Assembly: GCA_026023565.1 (NCBI GenBank)
Contig: JAPETS010000011.1
Location: forward strand, 1-64,000
Length of the DNA: 64,000 nt
Origin: Cirrosporium novae-zelandiae
Lineage: Eukaryota
Direction: 5' to 3'
The notes under the pieces were generated by a model. That model ran no database searches. It was not told where the DNA came from and was given only the letters and a program-made list of their open reading frames with translations. This document shows, piece by piece, positions 1 to 13,205 of the stretch (position 1 is its first letter; each line of letters opens with the position of its first letter). Made by a program: the position numbers and the translations under genes.

Positions 1-1206
1 CCAAAATCTTCCAATTAACCAACCAACCCTAATTTACCCCCCCCCCCCCCCCCCTTTTTTTTTTTTTTTTTTACTTTCTTCCTTTTATTCATTCGTTCGT
101 TCCTATATTCATACGTCAGGACTCAATAGGGAGCTTAGTGCAGAAGCTTATGGTTAAAGCTGGTTGATAATGGTAGTAAGGGGGAGAAAGGAGGGAAGGA
201 CAAAAAGGGAAAAGGGCACAAGAAAAGAAGAGATGAAAAAAGAGGGGGAAAAAAAGGAAAAGGAAAAGGAAAAGGAAGGCAAAGGGGGGGATGGATGGGT
301 TTGGATAAAAGGGTTTGATATACTTGGGCTTGGTGAAGCGGAGAGAAGAGGGAGGGGTGGGGATTATGGATTATGGATTATGGATTGTGGATTGTGGGTG
401 TTGACTGTTGTGTTGTATGAAAACTAGCTAGCTCGGACAGGTATTAGTATTAGGATTGGTATTAATATTGGTGTTGGTACTGTATTGAGGATTTCTTTTT
501 TTTGGTGGGTTGAGGGTCGAGTCGATTCCGTTCTTTAGCTGTTCAGTTATACATATACATCCACACACATATATATCCCCTCATGAAACCAACCATCAAA
601 CCATCAAATGAAATTAATCAAGGAACTAGCGATATCGGACTAGAGACTTATAACCTGCTGGTGTGGTGGGAGAAAGAGTGTATGTATATGTATATGTATA
701 TGTTTGTGTGTAGGGGGTGGGTGTAGGTCGAGATTGGATAAGCAAAGTATAAGGCAAAGGAAACCGGTTTCGATTGATGGGATGATGAGGTAATTAGCCA
801 GTTAACTACTTAAGGAATTGGAAAGGGAAAGTAAAAGGGATGGGAATGGGAATGGGAATGGGAATGTGATGTTTTCTCTCTTGTGCAACTATAGACTAGT
901 GAAGTCGGACTGTGGACTGTAGCTAAGTGACGTCGGGGAAGAGAGTGTATATATATATATGTATGTGGGGGGGGGGGGGGGGGGGGGGGGGGGAGGTTGA
1001 GGTAGGATAAGAAAATTTAAGCAAAGCACAAACAAGAATGTGATGTTTCCTCCTTTTTTCGGATTATAGCTAGGTGACGGGGGAGAAGGGCGTGTATATA
1101 TATATACTAGGTTAGATAAACAAAGCCCAAAGGAAAGCAAAGCAAACTAATTTCCAATTGATGGGTTAACCAACAAACTAAAAAGCAAAGGGGAATGCAA
1201 TCCCCC

Positions 1207-3082
1207 TCAATAAACCTCCCACCACATCTCATGATGACTTCTCAAATCCGCCTCCCCCACCCTCTTCAAATACCCCGTAACATCCCCCCCCTCCTCACCC
1301 TCCCTCCTCGTACTCCCATTCCCCAACCACGCGAACCGATTCCCCCCACTCCCAACATACGTATACTCCCAATCCTCCCACCTCGGGTTCGCCCTCACAA
1401 ACATCACATGCCTACCACTGCCCGGCCAAAACCCATGGATCCTGCCCCCCGGATTCCTTCCATTGGCCCAGGAGCTACAATTCTCCTTGAGCACCGTTGT
1501 CTTGAAGAACTCGTCGCTGTAGTCTTGGAAATCGTCGGTGGCTGCTTTGGAGGGTGTCATGGTGCGGATTCCCTGGGTGCTCATTTTTCGGAACAGTTGG
1601 CACATGTATGTGATTTGAGATTCGGCGGATGAGGGGATGGTTCCTGAGAGACCGGCGCCGTGGGGGCCGTGCAGGAAGAAGAGGTTGGGGAAGTTGGGGA
1701 CGGCGAGGCTCATGTAGCAGTAGGGGTAGCCTGGGTCCCCGCCGCGGCGCCAGAGGTCTTGGAGGAGGAGGCTGTTGAGACCTCGGATGGGGAAGGGGGG
1801 GACAAAGTCGACGTTGGCGCCCGTGCAGCAGATTATGGCGTCCACAGGTCGGTGGGATCCGTCTACTGTGGTAATGCCGGTTTCGGTAAAGTGCGAGATG
1901 GGTGTTCGGATCATGTCGACGTTAGGCTCGGAGATGGCTTCTAGATAACCAGGCCCCGGGGTGAGGCGGCGGCAGCTGGGGCTAAAGTCCGGGATGAGGT
2001 CTTTTGCGAGTTCTGGCTTTTTGGAAATCCGGGAGAGCATTAGCTTGGTAAAGGCTTCGCGGTTGGCGTTGTTTTTGTCCGAGTTTTTGAGCCAGCCCGG
2101 GAAGGACTTGAAGTATTTTTCTTCCATAGATTTGCGGAATTGGAGGTACGTCGATGGGTCTTTGAAGGAGTCGAGTTGGGCTTGAGTATAGTATTTTGGT
2201 TCCACAGTTCGCTCGTCGCCTGCGAAGCTAGAGGCTATCCAGGTTCGGCTTCGCGCGTAGTGATCAATGTGCGAGGCGAGCTTTTGGAGCGGAGGGAGAA
2301 CCTGTAGGCCGCTGGCACCGTTGCCGATGACGGCGAGCTTCTTGCCAGTAGGGTCAAAGGTTGGATCCCAGTTTGAGGAGTGTCGGAGATGACCTTTGAA
2401 ATCGTGGAGACCCGAGATGTCGGGGAGTTTCCAGGCGTTGAAATTACCCAGGGCATTGATAACGGCATCGCATTGCTCAGTGTACTCGTTCCCGGTTTCG
2501 AGGTCCTTGATTTGTAGATTCCATTTCGAGACTTTGGCATCCCAGTCTGATTCCAGGACTTGTTGTCTGAATGAAGTGTATTTGTAGACGTCGTATTTCC
2601 GCGCGATTCTCTGCCAGTAGGCGAGGATTTCATGACCTTGGGCAAACTCTTCGGTCCATTCGATGTTGGGTTCGAATGTGCTCTGGTAGACGTGGGCGGG
2701 AATGTCGCATCGGACCCCAGGGTATTTGTTTTCGAGCCATGTGCCTCCCTAGATATAAACGGTTAGAAGACTTATAACTTGTTGCATATAGGTTGAGGAA
2801 TTGAACTTACAACGTCCGAGTTCTTGTCAATGATCTTCAATTCGATACCGGGAACCTTTTTGGGTAGCAGTACTCCAGCTGTTATCCCGCAAAGTCCAGC
2901 TCCAATAACAATGACCTATATGATAAGTATAAAACTTAGATGATTGTTTTGTAAGAGGTAAACACCTTTATTGTCCGCACGTCATCGACAGGATGATTTT
3001 CTAATTGAAAGCTCGTCTCTTGAGCAGAACCATTTATAGGTGAGCCATTGACAGGCCCACCGTTCATGGCATAATCACCCAT
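1207..3082 (-). CDS. Flavin-binding monooxygenase (FMO/BVMO-like), 3 exons: 3082-2966, 2915-2811, 2748-1207 (~587 aa)
   Basis: GT..AG introns join in frame. Motifs: VIVIGAGLCG (FAD), GGTWLENKYPGVRCDIP, FKGHLRHSSNW fingerprint, VIGNGASG (NADPH), CRRLTPGPGYL, DAIICCTG. Confidence 0.92.
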
Positions 3083-5322
3083 ACCGAATATTGAAGATGG
3101 AGGTGCCAAACCTCAAAAAAATCAAGTCGCAGAGCAGACGAGTTACTCCAAGGCAATGTCAGTGATTGAATACAAAGTATTAATTAAAAAATGGCCCTCA
3201 TATTATTACTATTATGCAGTGCCAGGTTTCAATTCGCCATCGTAACCACAAGAGAAGATAGGCTGAAGCTGCACAATGCCAATTCGGATAGATATTGCAC
3301 CATATCTTGCCCCACTATCAGAACACTATCGCACAGTCCAGGATTACCTGATACGCGTGTGTGGTGGGGTAGTTGGTTGCTGGATCCTTTGCCTGAATTA
3401 GAATCCAGGGTATATCAACAGGTCACATATGTAAGGTATGAGACTAAGTCTGGAGGCTGAATTACTGGAGTAGAAAATAAATCTTTCCGACAGGGTGGAT
3501 TAGGTGCGGGGACATTTTCATGTGCTATGATAGTGAAATATTCATAACATATCCCATGGAAAAGGATGTCTTAGGTCGGAACATATATTTGTTGTGCAAG
3601 AATCAAGACTAGACCATTGGCCGGAATGACTGGACGAGGCTAGAAAAACCCTTGACCACAGAAACCTGTCTTTCCTTGACAAGGGTTTGACAAGACATTA
3701 GCTTGTATGTCTTTCCATGAGGCCTTGGGTTTGGGCCAGAAACAAAATCAATGACCTTGGATGAACAAAGTCCGAAAAAGTTTTATCCATATCTCGGATA
3801 TGATCATGAAAATGACAGGTTCCAATAGTCTACGACAGAAAGGGACAAAAGGGTCTAAGGGGTCTAAACTTATCTCAATGCAGTTTGTTGAATCGAAACC
3901 ATGAAAGTAAAGTCAATTCAAGGTACATTTTAGAAAGAAAAAAAGTATGAGGTTAGACCGAGACTTGGGGGTATGAGACAAGGGAATTTGATTTATTTCC
4001 CGGGGGGGGGGCATCTCTCCAATGCATTTACACAACAGAAATGACGTTATGCGCTAAAAACAAGTCTACCTCAACGACATCCATCAAATAATGACCAATG
4101 CTTCCTTGTCTGAATATTCTAGCTTCTGTTTGACATAAGCTAAGATAACGATAGCAATGGTGCAATTGTGGAGCACTATTATATATCTCGCCTTGGTGAT
4201 TTTGGCTTTGTATCTTTGTTTTTGATATGATGAATCTCGCCCATAGTTATGATTTATGTCATCTATTATTGGCTGTATGTGTACGTTTAGTACGTCTACT
4301 AATTATAAAACTATGCTTACCACAAGGCAGAGCTCCGACATTATTTTCCCCCTGACCTTATTTCTTCATCAACTAATTGATCCTTTTTCTAATAAACATG
4401 CTACGGGAGGACTGCATTGAATGGCTAGAATGGTAACCATACAACCTCTCCAACCTCTCTACCAGTTTATCCACTCAGTGTACTCTTCAAGCTATAGTCC
4501 TTGGGCTACTAGTTAGTTTCATCTAATTTAAATTATAATCTGCATTGATCAGTAAACCTATGATTCCGGCTTGTCAGTTATCAAAATAACTACTGTGGAG
4601 ATAGGACAAGAGGATTAAAGCGATCCATTAGCCAGGTCGTAATGTTCTTTGAATGGATGCGCTTGGGAATGCGCTTGGTGATGTATACCATAGCACAGTT
4701 TTGCATCACGGCTATATATACTCCATTAGGCTTTCAGTGAATAATTATTAGTTTCTCGTATAATATAGGAACAAATCGAGGTATGGCAACAAGCATTCCA
4801 CGGCCACTCAATATTAGACTCAATCACGCCATCTTTGAGAATCTGATACCGTCATAGGACTTGCTACATCGGAAGTCACGTCCAATCCTCCATACTGTGG
4901 TAGTACATGAACGATAAGAGACCTTGTACGATAACCCCTCCGAGGGGCTCTCGGTTGGGATGAAAGATAAAACAATCTTCCTACATTCTCCTTGACCCCA
5001 CTTTACAGGGAAAGACACAAACGGAGGAAGAAGGAAAGTGCTAACGGTATGTATTAAAAAGAACAACCTCAGAGGATAGGTAGAAGAATAAAAACAGATT
5101 CCGGTATCACCACTGTTTGATACCAACTGTAGCCTGTTCCAGGTACTGATATTCCACAGCTATATCTCTTCAATACTTACTGGTTTTGGTAGATTGAAAG
5201 ACTTCACCTCCAATCGCCTCAGTTCGAACACTAGCATTCAACAATATCACATATTCTCTCCTCTCCAATCTTCGTAATTGCCAAACCAGATAGAAGTTCA
5301 AAATAAATCAATCGCCAGAAAT

Positions 5323-7035
5323 ATGGGGGACACAATAGCATCAAAAAAGCCATGGGTTATGAACGCCTTCGTGATGGCTTCTCCCGGGCATTTGGCTCCA
5401 GGTCTGCACCCTTTTGCTGTCTTGGCCCTAATATTGACTCGGAAACTTCACAGGTCTTTGGCGCCATCCAGATGATCGAGCAAAAGATTACCTTGACTTG
5501 AATTATTGGGTTGAGCTAGCCAAGTTTCTTGAAGAGGCCAAATTTCATGGTGTCTTCTTCGCCGATGTCCTAGGGATATATGACGTGTACCATGGTCCAG
5601 AGAATATAGGACCTGCATTGAAGGGACCTGCACAATTTCCAATTGCAGACCCAAGGTTAGTATTTAATTCCATTGCGCCAGAGACATTCTATTATAATTT
5701 ATAACGCATGATGCTAATGCATTTCTTACTCAGTCTCCTCGTCGGAGCAATGGCCTATGCCACAAAGTCCCTCTCGTTCGGAGTAACCGCTTCCACAACT
5801 TATGAAAGCCCATATACTTTGGCCCGAAAATTCTCTGCCCTGGATCATCTCTCCCACGGCCGTGTAGGCTGGAACGTCGTGACAAGTTATCTGGACCACG
5901 CAGCCAAGTGCTTTGGGCTAGATGAACAGATTCCACATGATGAAAGATACAAACGTGCCGAGGAGTTCATGGAAGTCACATATAAGCTATGGGAAGGAAG
6001 TTGGCAGGATGATGCCGTAATCAAGGATCGAGAGAATGGAGTCTTTACAGATCCCGAAAAAGTGAGGAAGATTAACCATAAAGGGTAATTGATCTCGATT
6101 CCGTGATGATATTCCTGGACTGATCTCGTTCATAGAAAATACTTTTCATGTGCTGGTCCGAATTTGATTGAGCCATCTCCTCAAAGAACTCCGTTCATAT
6201 TCCAAGCAGGAGCTTCATCGTGAGTTCAACGACATCTCAAGCTAGAGCGTACCAGACGCTAATGAGGTTGAATCCTACTTAGATCCGGAAAGGCGTTTGC
6301 AGTACGACATGCGGAGGCAATGTTTCTGCCAGGGACGGAACCCGAGAAGACCAAAAAGGTCGTGGATGATATAAGGTATGAAGTTTCATGGACATGAAAG
6401 CAAGTCCCGCTAACATTAACCACTGCAGGAAATCGAATGCGGAACAGGGTCGTGATCCTTCTACCCTTAAGCTTTTGGCAGGTCTCTTGGTTATCATCGA
6501 TGAAACAGACGAAAAGGCCCAGGCAAAGTACCAGGAGATGCTGCAGTATGCCGATCTTGAAGGAACTGGGGCTCTCTTCGGTGGTTGGACTGGCACAGAT
6601 CTATCAGCATTTGCTGATGATGAAGATTTTGCTTTCAAAAAGGTGGGTGGAATTCAAAGCATCATAGAAACATGGAGTCGGACAATTCCTGGAAGTAAAG
6701 GCATCAAATGGACCAAGAAAAGAGTGCTCCAGGAGATGGCCGTCTCTGGAATACATGCGAAAGTAATTGGTAGTCCAACCACGGTAGCAGATGAACTGCA
6801 GAGATGGATTGACGTGAGTGGAGTCGATGGATTCAATCTGAGCTATGCCCACAGCCCAGGGACATTCAAGGATATGGTCAAGTATCTTTGGCCTGAACTC
6901 AAGAAACGTGGAGTATTGCAAGAGGAGTATGCAGTTCCAGGTGGAACCACGAGAGAGAATTATCTCGGAGATGGTCAAGGACCAAGGTTACGGGCAGGTC
7001 ATCCGGCAACAGCATATGTTTGGAAGTCGACCTGA
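5323..7035 (+). CDS. Luciferase-like FMNH2-dependent monooxygenase, DszA/NtaA/SnaA family, 6 exons: 5323-5401, 5454-5655, 5734-6084, 6136-6219, 6283-6375, 6429-7035
   Basis: Spliced product reads GHLAPGLWRHP, FHGVFFADVLGIYD, ARKFSALDHLSHGRVGWNVVTS, PSPQRTPFIFQAGAS, GVDGFNL. All five introns are GT..AG and keep frame. Confidence 0.92.
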
Positions 7036-7713
7036 AAAGGCCTGTATATTGAATTAGTCATGGTTCTTGAAGTAATTACCTAGGTAGTGATAGAGAAGTT
7101 AAGAGATGAAAAATGTGAATTAAATGTTCATTATTGCAAACAAGACAAATTCACTCTTCTGCTCAAAACGCACCTAGACAGACGCGTGCCGTGCCACGAT
7201 AGGCAAACGAACGACTATTTAATTATCAAAGTCCATCGTTATCTGAACCAAAATTGCCATTTTCGCCATTTAATATACAAACTAACAGCTATCAAAGTTC
7301 TCTTGATATATATATATGATACGCCCAATGCTCTTACGTGATAACCTTCGATCTTATGTGCCTGCATTTGCTTGATCATCCTGCCAGGTATGCGATTGAG
7401 AACATATGTTATTATATCTAGCAGAGGTTTACCATCTTGGTGTGCTTGTTGAGCAAACAGCTCGACTCGGCAGCACATCTACGCACTATGGTTCTGCTTT
7501 CAAGTGAATCTGATAGTGATGGGTCCAAAACCTACAATCCACAACGTAGAATTTTATCTCCTGATGCATTTATTACTCTGCTTCTCTCTAGCTCCCTTGA
7601 TACCTCACCGCAACTATCCTCTATCCTCTATCTATCCTTGCCCCCTTGGGATATACGAATTTGAACTCTGACTTAAATTTCAACCAATACTCCCTTGGAG
7701 CTATTTCAGCATC

Positions 7714-8272
7714 ATGACGAAGTCAATTCCTTATAGCTTCTTCCGTCCCATCTTTAATGACCTCTCGGATATAAGAAGCGAAGAATTTGATTTCCTCACC
7801 ACACAGTTCCTGGTTCTGTCTAGCGCCGCAACAACACTCACCAACTTCCCCAGCGACGTTATTAATCCCTCCACCCAGACCCTAGATCCAACCACCCCAA
7901 CCATGCGCCAAGCACTGAGGAGTATAAGGTCCCTGTACCAAGCCGCCGGTACATACTCGAAATGGGCTGAGCCTACCTGGATTTTTCAAAAGCAGGGAGA
8001 CCAGGAAGGCTATATGATAATGTGGAGATGGAAAAAAGAAAATATTCCTGAAGATGTTTTTGCTGTAATTGAGAAACGGTTCGGTAAGTTTGAGACCCTT
8101 GAACTGGACCCTGGACCCTGAACCCTTGCTAATGGTAACATCATTTAGAACTCCTGGCATCCGGAAATACTACGGCCCTTCCCAATTTACCAGAGGCGGA
8201 AATGATCAGAGTGCTTTGAAACGGTTTCTAAACATAACGGTCTCTGGAGGATACAAACGTTGGAGAACCTGA
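7714..8272 (+). pseudogene. Hypothetical gene or remnant, frameshifted by a 7-bp tandem duplication
   Basis: The 135-aa ORF stops just after TGGACCC-TGGACCC (8105-8118). Removing one copy fuses it to the 8069-8272 frame (ELDPEPLLMVTSF...). Family not recognised. Confidence 0.35.
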
Positions 8273-8489
8273 GCAGAGGCGATGCGAATGAGATCAAGGA
8301 ATAATAACTTTAAAATGGAAGTGCTAGAATTACTAGCTAGCATAGTGAGGACCAGCACTAATAAGACACCTGGCAGCAATTTGCCTGACAGGATCACGAC
8401 ACTCAATAAAGGGCTCCGCGTTTGCGTATGCTATACTTATCCTAGGATTGTCAATTGTTAAAATATTTAAATCAATGCAGCTCACAGCA

Positions 8490-9771
8490 TCATATCCCCG
8501 TCTCAACTAAAGGCACTATGATTCTCCCTCCTCCCAACTTCCCAGTCCGTAGTAACTTTAACCCATCATTGACACCCTCCAATCCGGGCGCCACTTTCAC
8601 GTCAACAATCATAGGGGGAACTAGGTCTCCACTCTCCAACAACTGTTCCACCCATATCATTAGACTCGTGCCTACGAGCGGTGATTCGTGGAATAGTTTA
8701 ATGGGGACACTGTGATGCTTGATATGTTCGGTCGAGGAATCAGGATAAGGAAGGCCAGCGAGACCAACGAGGTGCGACCGTATGGAGTCATTTCCATTAG
8801 TTGGTATCATCGCCTTTTGTAGTAACCCTGCTGTGTCTTTTCCTACCGTATCCAGCCCAAACTTCAATCTTCCACCCGCGGCACTCCTAATCTTCTCAAC
8901 AATCATTTCTTTATTATCATCATACCGATCAATAAGTACATCAGCACCATGGTTCCGTAACCGTTTACCATGTTTTGTCACTCCAGCGATACATATCACG
9001 CCGAGACCGCATCGCTTGGCGAGTTGAAGGGCCATAAATCCTGTTGCTGATGATGCACCCCATATTGCAATCCAGTCGCCTGGCCGTGGTCTCTCTGCTT
9101 CGTTAATTCCTTCAAAGCACTCTGCCCGTATGTCTTGTGGCAGCGATTCCCTTTCTAGACTTTTCGTTAAAGATAAAAGATCATCACCTCCTCGATTCAC
9201 AGCTTCAGAGCTAAAGTCAACACCAATGCAGATACCAAGAGCGAGAGCGGCGGCGACAAAAGCAACCCCTAGAGATGCGCCTTGTTTTGCGGGCAAGGAC
9301 GGAGGCAGGCGAAATGAATTATAGGTGGTCGTGATGGAATACTCCTGAAACGCAGACTTGCGAAAATCGCGGTAGTCGGTTGAGATGGCCACTATAGGAT
9401 CACCATGGCGAAATCGGGAGGGTGTTTCAGGAGATTGAACTATTGTGCCTGCGAAATCACGGCCAGCGATACAAGGAAGGCTCGGTAAACCGAATCCGAA
9501 TTCCCTAATATTATCTTTAGTCCAAGTCAATAGAATAAAGGGTGCCGAACAGGCAAACATGAACATACGCCGACTTCCAGTCAATTGGATTCAACCCGAT
9601 GATATGTACCTTTACGAGCATCTCATCATCCGACTGAACATCAGGTATCTGGTACCCAGTTGTGAGGCTATATCGCTGCTTCGGGCCATGAAGTAGGAGG
9701 ACATTTTGCTGCTGGGTGGTAGCAGACACTGTGGTCTTTGCTTCAGTGAACGTTTCTATGTATGTACCCAT
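8490..9771 (-). CDS. MDR-superfamily (GroES-like / enoyl-reductase-like) oxidoreductase, 2 exons: 9771-9569, 9504-8490
   Basis: VKVHIIGLNPIDWKS, then after the intron GRDFAGTIV, AFQEYS, IWGASSATG (NAD(P)H binding), FGLDTVG. Confidence 0.9.
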
Positions 9772-10167
9772 AATGAATGGCTGTAAATATGTAAATGTAG
9801 ATTATTGAACAGACTCGTCAATTGAATATAATATCTACAATCTTATCAACTTGATACCTTCTGATGATAGATTGAATCCTCAAATCAGCGCTAGGGCAAT
9901 AGATTGCCTGGAAAGCCGCGGTGCCTGTCATTTTTTTGGAATTTGCCCCGTCTTCGGAAGAATCCACGTATGCGGTGGGGATGGAGATACATACTTACAG
10001 GTGTCGAGCCAACGGCTGAATCATCCTTCAAGGAAGATAGAACCAGGGGGGAGGGAATATTTTGAACCTCCAGGAGGGGGCATGCAATATCAATGCAGCC
10101 AGCTTCTGCAATCATGGCTTTGAGAGCATGGAAAGGAAGCCAAGTGGGACTATGGCATGGAACAGGC

Positions 10168-10177
10168 ATGACACCAT
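10168..10177. promoter_or_regulatory. CYS-3/MetR-like sulfur-regulator box (ATGACACCAT)
   Basis: Exact match to the Neurospora CYS-3 consensus ATGRYRYCAT, ~400 bp upstream of the MDR gene start. Short motif, so chance occurrence is possible. Confidence 0.35.
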
Positions 10178-10889
10178 TTGACGGCAGTATTGCAATTGAC
10201 TAGATAGGACAAGAAATGTCATAATATCAAGCCTCCTCTGCCTTTGAGTCATCATTGAACTCCACACTCCGCATTTTATCAACTAAGTTTCATAGTAACT
10301 TATTCATTCATCCATTTGTAGTTTGATAATGCCAACGTCAAAATCTCGGAGACTTCACACACTCCCTTACAATCGGCTATAGAAAATAAGTTTTTTGTCA
10401 AATTCGGTTCATCTATCCCAAAATGGAAGACGACGTCTAAGCTGCAGATTGCGTGCTTAAGATAAGCCGAACGAAGATCAAATGAAAGTAAATCATAGCA
10501 CCAGAGCACTATGGCAGGGAACCATGGCAGAGTTATAGTCAGGCCAAAGAAAAGACAACATAATAATTGTGACTTGGTTTGATCTATTGGTAAAATGCAA
10601 GAAAATGGGGACCGAATTTGATATGTTGATTTGAAGAGAGTCCTATTGGGAGGAGAGGATTATGGTTAAATTGCGCCCGCTAAAGGACCGAGAACATGTG
10701 ACAATCTTGTTTGCTTCATTTGCATCATTTGTGTTCCGTCGGCCGAACAACAACAAAAATGTAAACACGACAAAGAAAACATAACAAACAACATGATTAT
10801 GAGTATTTGATGATAGGCGTGGATTATTCCATTGCTTTCGCTTTATCACTTATAGCACTACATTATACAGTACCGTTAATTTTTTGGAT

Positions 10890-13205
10890 ATGTCTAATTA
10901 CACCTCCCAGCCATCATGGAATACCGCCCGTTGCAATCGACTTTTGCGGCCCATTGCTTCGCGAATCGTCCTTCTTAAAAAATATAGGAGTCAACTAGCG
11001 CAACAGGCTGGTTTATTATTCAAGGAGGAATCAATTCAATTGGGGAACAAACGATCGCATCTACAAACAAATATCATCAAGCATGTTAAAGAAGAACCAG
11101 TTTGGGCCCCTAGCCCTGCCAGGCGCAGACGGATCAAACGACAATATGGGATGAAAACCAGCAGCTCAGAAGAAGCTGGATCGACCCATGAGAAACATTC
11201 GAGTCAGAGTTCAACCAAACCTTCGATCCAGCTTTCAATTTCAACACCAGCAATTCTCCGTTACTCCGCAAGACCAGATATGATTGATTCGAGTTCTCAG
11301 GACACACAATTGAACGAATCGAAAGAAGAACCGAGCAAGCAGCCGCAGTTCATCCGATATCATAGAAACAAAACAATACGGAATGACCCTATTGAACATA
11401 ACTTCAATTTGGCCTTGACGCAGACGTTGAAGAAAACACTTCCGGCTGCGCAGTGGGTGCTGGTGGAGGGGATATTCAATGCATTCGAGACGCTGTTAAA
11501 GGCCACTACCCCTCGCCCCCCAGAGGAGGTTGGGACAAGATCTTTGCTCAGTTCATGCCTCCGCAAGGTGCCCGAGTACATTTTTGCGGAGGAGAAGTGG
11601 CAGAGAGAGCAAGACCCGGACGATCATACGGACCTATCCTCGCAAATATATGACAATCTAGAAATGGTACATTCCAACTGGGGAAGTAATATGAGCCCAT
11701 TCGAAGAAGTTGTACGAGCACACGGGGTGAAGCTTTTGGGAAATGCAATCAGTGAAGGTATAATTTGTCCTACCATGGCACATTGTTTGGTTGCATTGTG
11801 TATTCGTGCATTGGCTCCCGATGAAGCAGAAATTCTGCTGGACCACTTACTTGCAAGATATGGTTCATTTCCTTCGCCGATAAATATTGAAAGCAATTTT
11901 TTTGACATAAAAGGTATCAAGACATTACATTTATTTGCAGAGAAGACAAGTCGATATGGGTATCAATATCGAAAGATGGACGAACTTTTGAGAAATGGCT
12001 CTTTGCCCCTTGGATGGATGGCGACTACACATATGAAGCTGTTTTGGAGCAGGCTGGTGGAGTCCATATCTAATAATGATGCGAATTCCTGTGATTCGAT
12101 CCGCCTGGCCAATACTGTCTTGTCTCTTTCTTGCTCCCGAGTAGGCCCTATCTTGGCTCCCGAAGAATGCGCGCTGGATATTGCTTTGCAGAACACGATA
12201 TCACGTCTTATGTTATTCTTGATCGCTATTGATTATACTCGGCAGACGACTTCATTAATTCCTATATCCTCCAATCAGCATACCGCTATACAACAATTAA
12301 TTTTTTCTATGGCAACAGTGGCCGATATCAATCAAGTTACAAGCTCTCGGAATCCTAAGCGGGCTAACTGTCGGATAGAACAAAACGTCATCTGTGCAAA
12401 AGCTCTACTTGCATATCTCTTTATGGACGGGACACGTTCAAGCCACTCAGAGAGTGATGGAAATATTCATCGTCAAACTGCTGTAGTCAAATCGCTTGCA
12501 CGTATCGTGTATGAATTACCTCCTAATTTAAAACGCAGAGAGAATCTATCCTCGTTCATATGTGCAATAGCCAGATGCTGCAACAGAGCCGAGAAAGGAT
12601 CTGGCCAGCGCTGCGTGACATCGTTTGTCTGCAATCTTAGTGCGGTCATCGATTCCTGTAGCAAGAGCTTCCATGCTTTCTCTGATAGGAAACTCAAACA
12701 GATTCTCGTAGATGTTGCTCAGGAGTTTGCAGAGCAGGCTGGGAAGCAGGACTTGTTTGACTGGGCAGCGACCATTGAAACAAGGCTTTTGGGACACTCG
12801 GACCTTTTTGTTCCTAAGCTTTCTCAAACGCCAAAACACACATCGAAGGCCGCCCCTTCAGGCTTTAGATGGGAAGAGGGGATTAGTGAATGGGTGGCAA
12901 GGACACCAGCGCTATTTGAAGAGGAAAAGTCAGCAAGCAGTTTCACGGTCGCCGTTGGTGAAGAGGCGGATGATGAACTTTCGGGCTTAACTCAGTCTCC
13001 ATCAGTCATCAAAAGCTCGAGAATCCTTGAGGATAGGACTAATAGAGTCACGAAACGCAAGCGCAAAAGTGTCACGGGAAAGACATTACCGCTATTCAAA
13101 AAACGAAAATCTGCTAGAGAAAGCTATGGAAAGAAAAAGGGAAAAGTATCATTGAGCCCAATGCGTGAACATGGTAGCGATGATGATGAGTTGTCTTTTA
13201 TTTGA
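10890..13205 (+). CDS. Conserved fungal hypothetical protein (~771 aa, intronless)
   Basis: Long uninterrupted ORF with N-terminal WNTARCNRLLRPI and C-terminal FRWEEGISEWVARTP...DDDELS, which resemble a Pezizomycotina family of unknown function. Confidence 0.85.
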   Translation: MSNYTSQPSWNTARCNRLLRPIASRIVLLKKYRSQLAQQAGLLFKEESIQLGNKRSHLQTNIIKHVKEEPVWAPSPARRRRIKRQYGMKTSSSEEAGSTHEKHSSQSSTKPSIQLSISTPAILRYSARPDMIDSSSQDTQLNESKEEPSKQPQFIRYHRNKTIRNDPIEHNFNLALTQTLKKTLPAAQWVLVEGIFNAFETLLKATTPRPPEEVGTRSLLSSCLRKVPEYIFAEEKWQREQDPDDHTDLSSQIYDNLEMVHSNWGSNMSPFEEVVRAHGVKLLGNAISEGIICPTMAHCLVALCIRALAPDEAEILLDHLLARYGSFPSPINIESNFFDIKGIKTLHLFAEKTSRYGYQYRKMDELLRNGSLPLGWMATTHMKLFWSRLVESISNNDANSCDSIRLANTVLSLSCSRVGPILAPEECALDIALQNTISRLMLFLIAIDYTRQTTSLIPISSNQHTAIQQLIFSMATVADINQVTSSRNPKRANCRIEQNVICAKALLAYLFMDGTRSSHSESDGNIHRQTAVVKSLARIVYELPPNLKRRENLSSFICAIARCCNRAEKGSGQRCVTSFVCNLSAVIDSCSKSFHAFSDRKLKQILVDVAQEFAEQAGKQDLFDWAATIETRLLGHSDLFVPKLSQTPKHTSKAAPSGFRWEEGISEWVARTPALFEEEKSASSFTVAVGEEADDELSGLTQSPSVIKSSRILEDRTNRVTKRKRKSVTGKTLPLFKKRKSARESYGKKKGKVSLSPMREHGSDDDELSFI

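Noticed and set aside
164..1140. ORFs 164-427 and 889-1140, and similar ORFs at 32-34 kb, 50-53 kb and 60-62 kb
   Set aside because: Translations of homopolymer and microsatellite DNA (poly-P, poly-K/E, poly-F).
1195..1944. + strand ORFs opposite the FMO
   Set aside because: Antisense shadows produced by the skewed codon use of the FMO.
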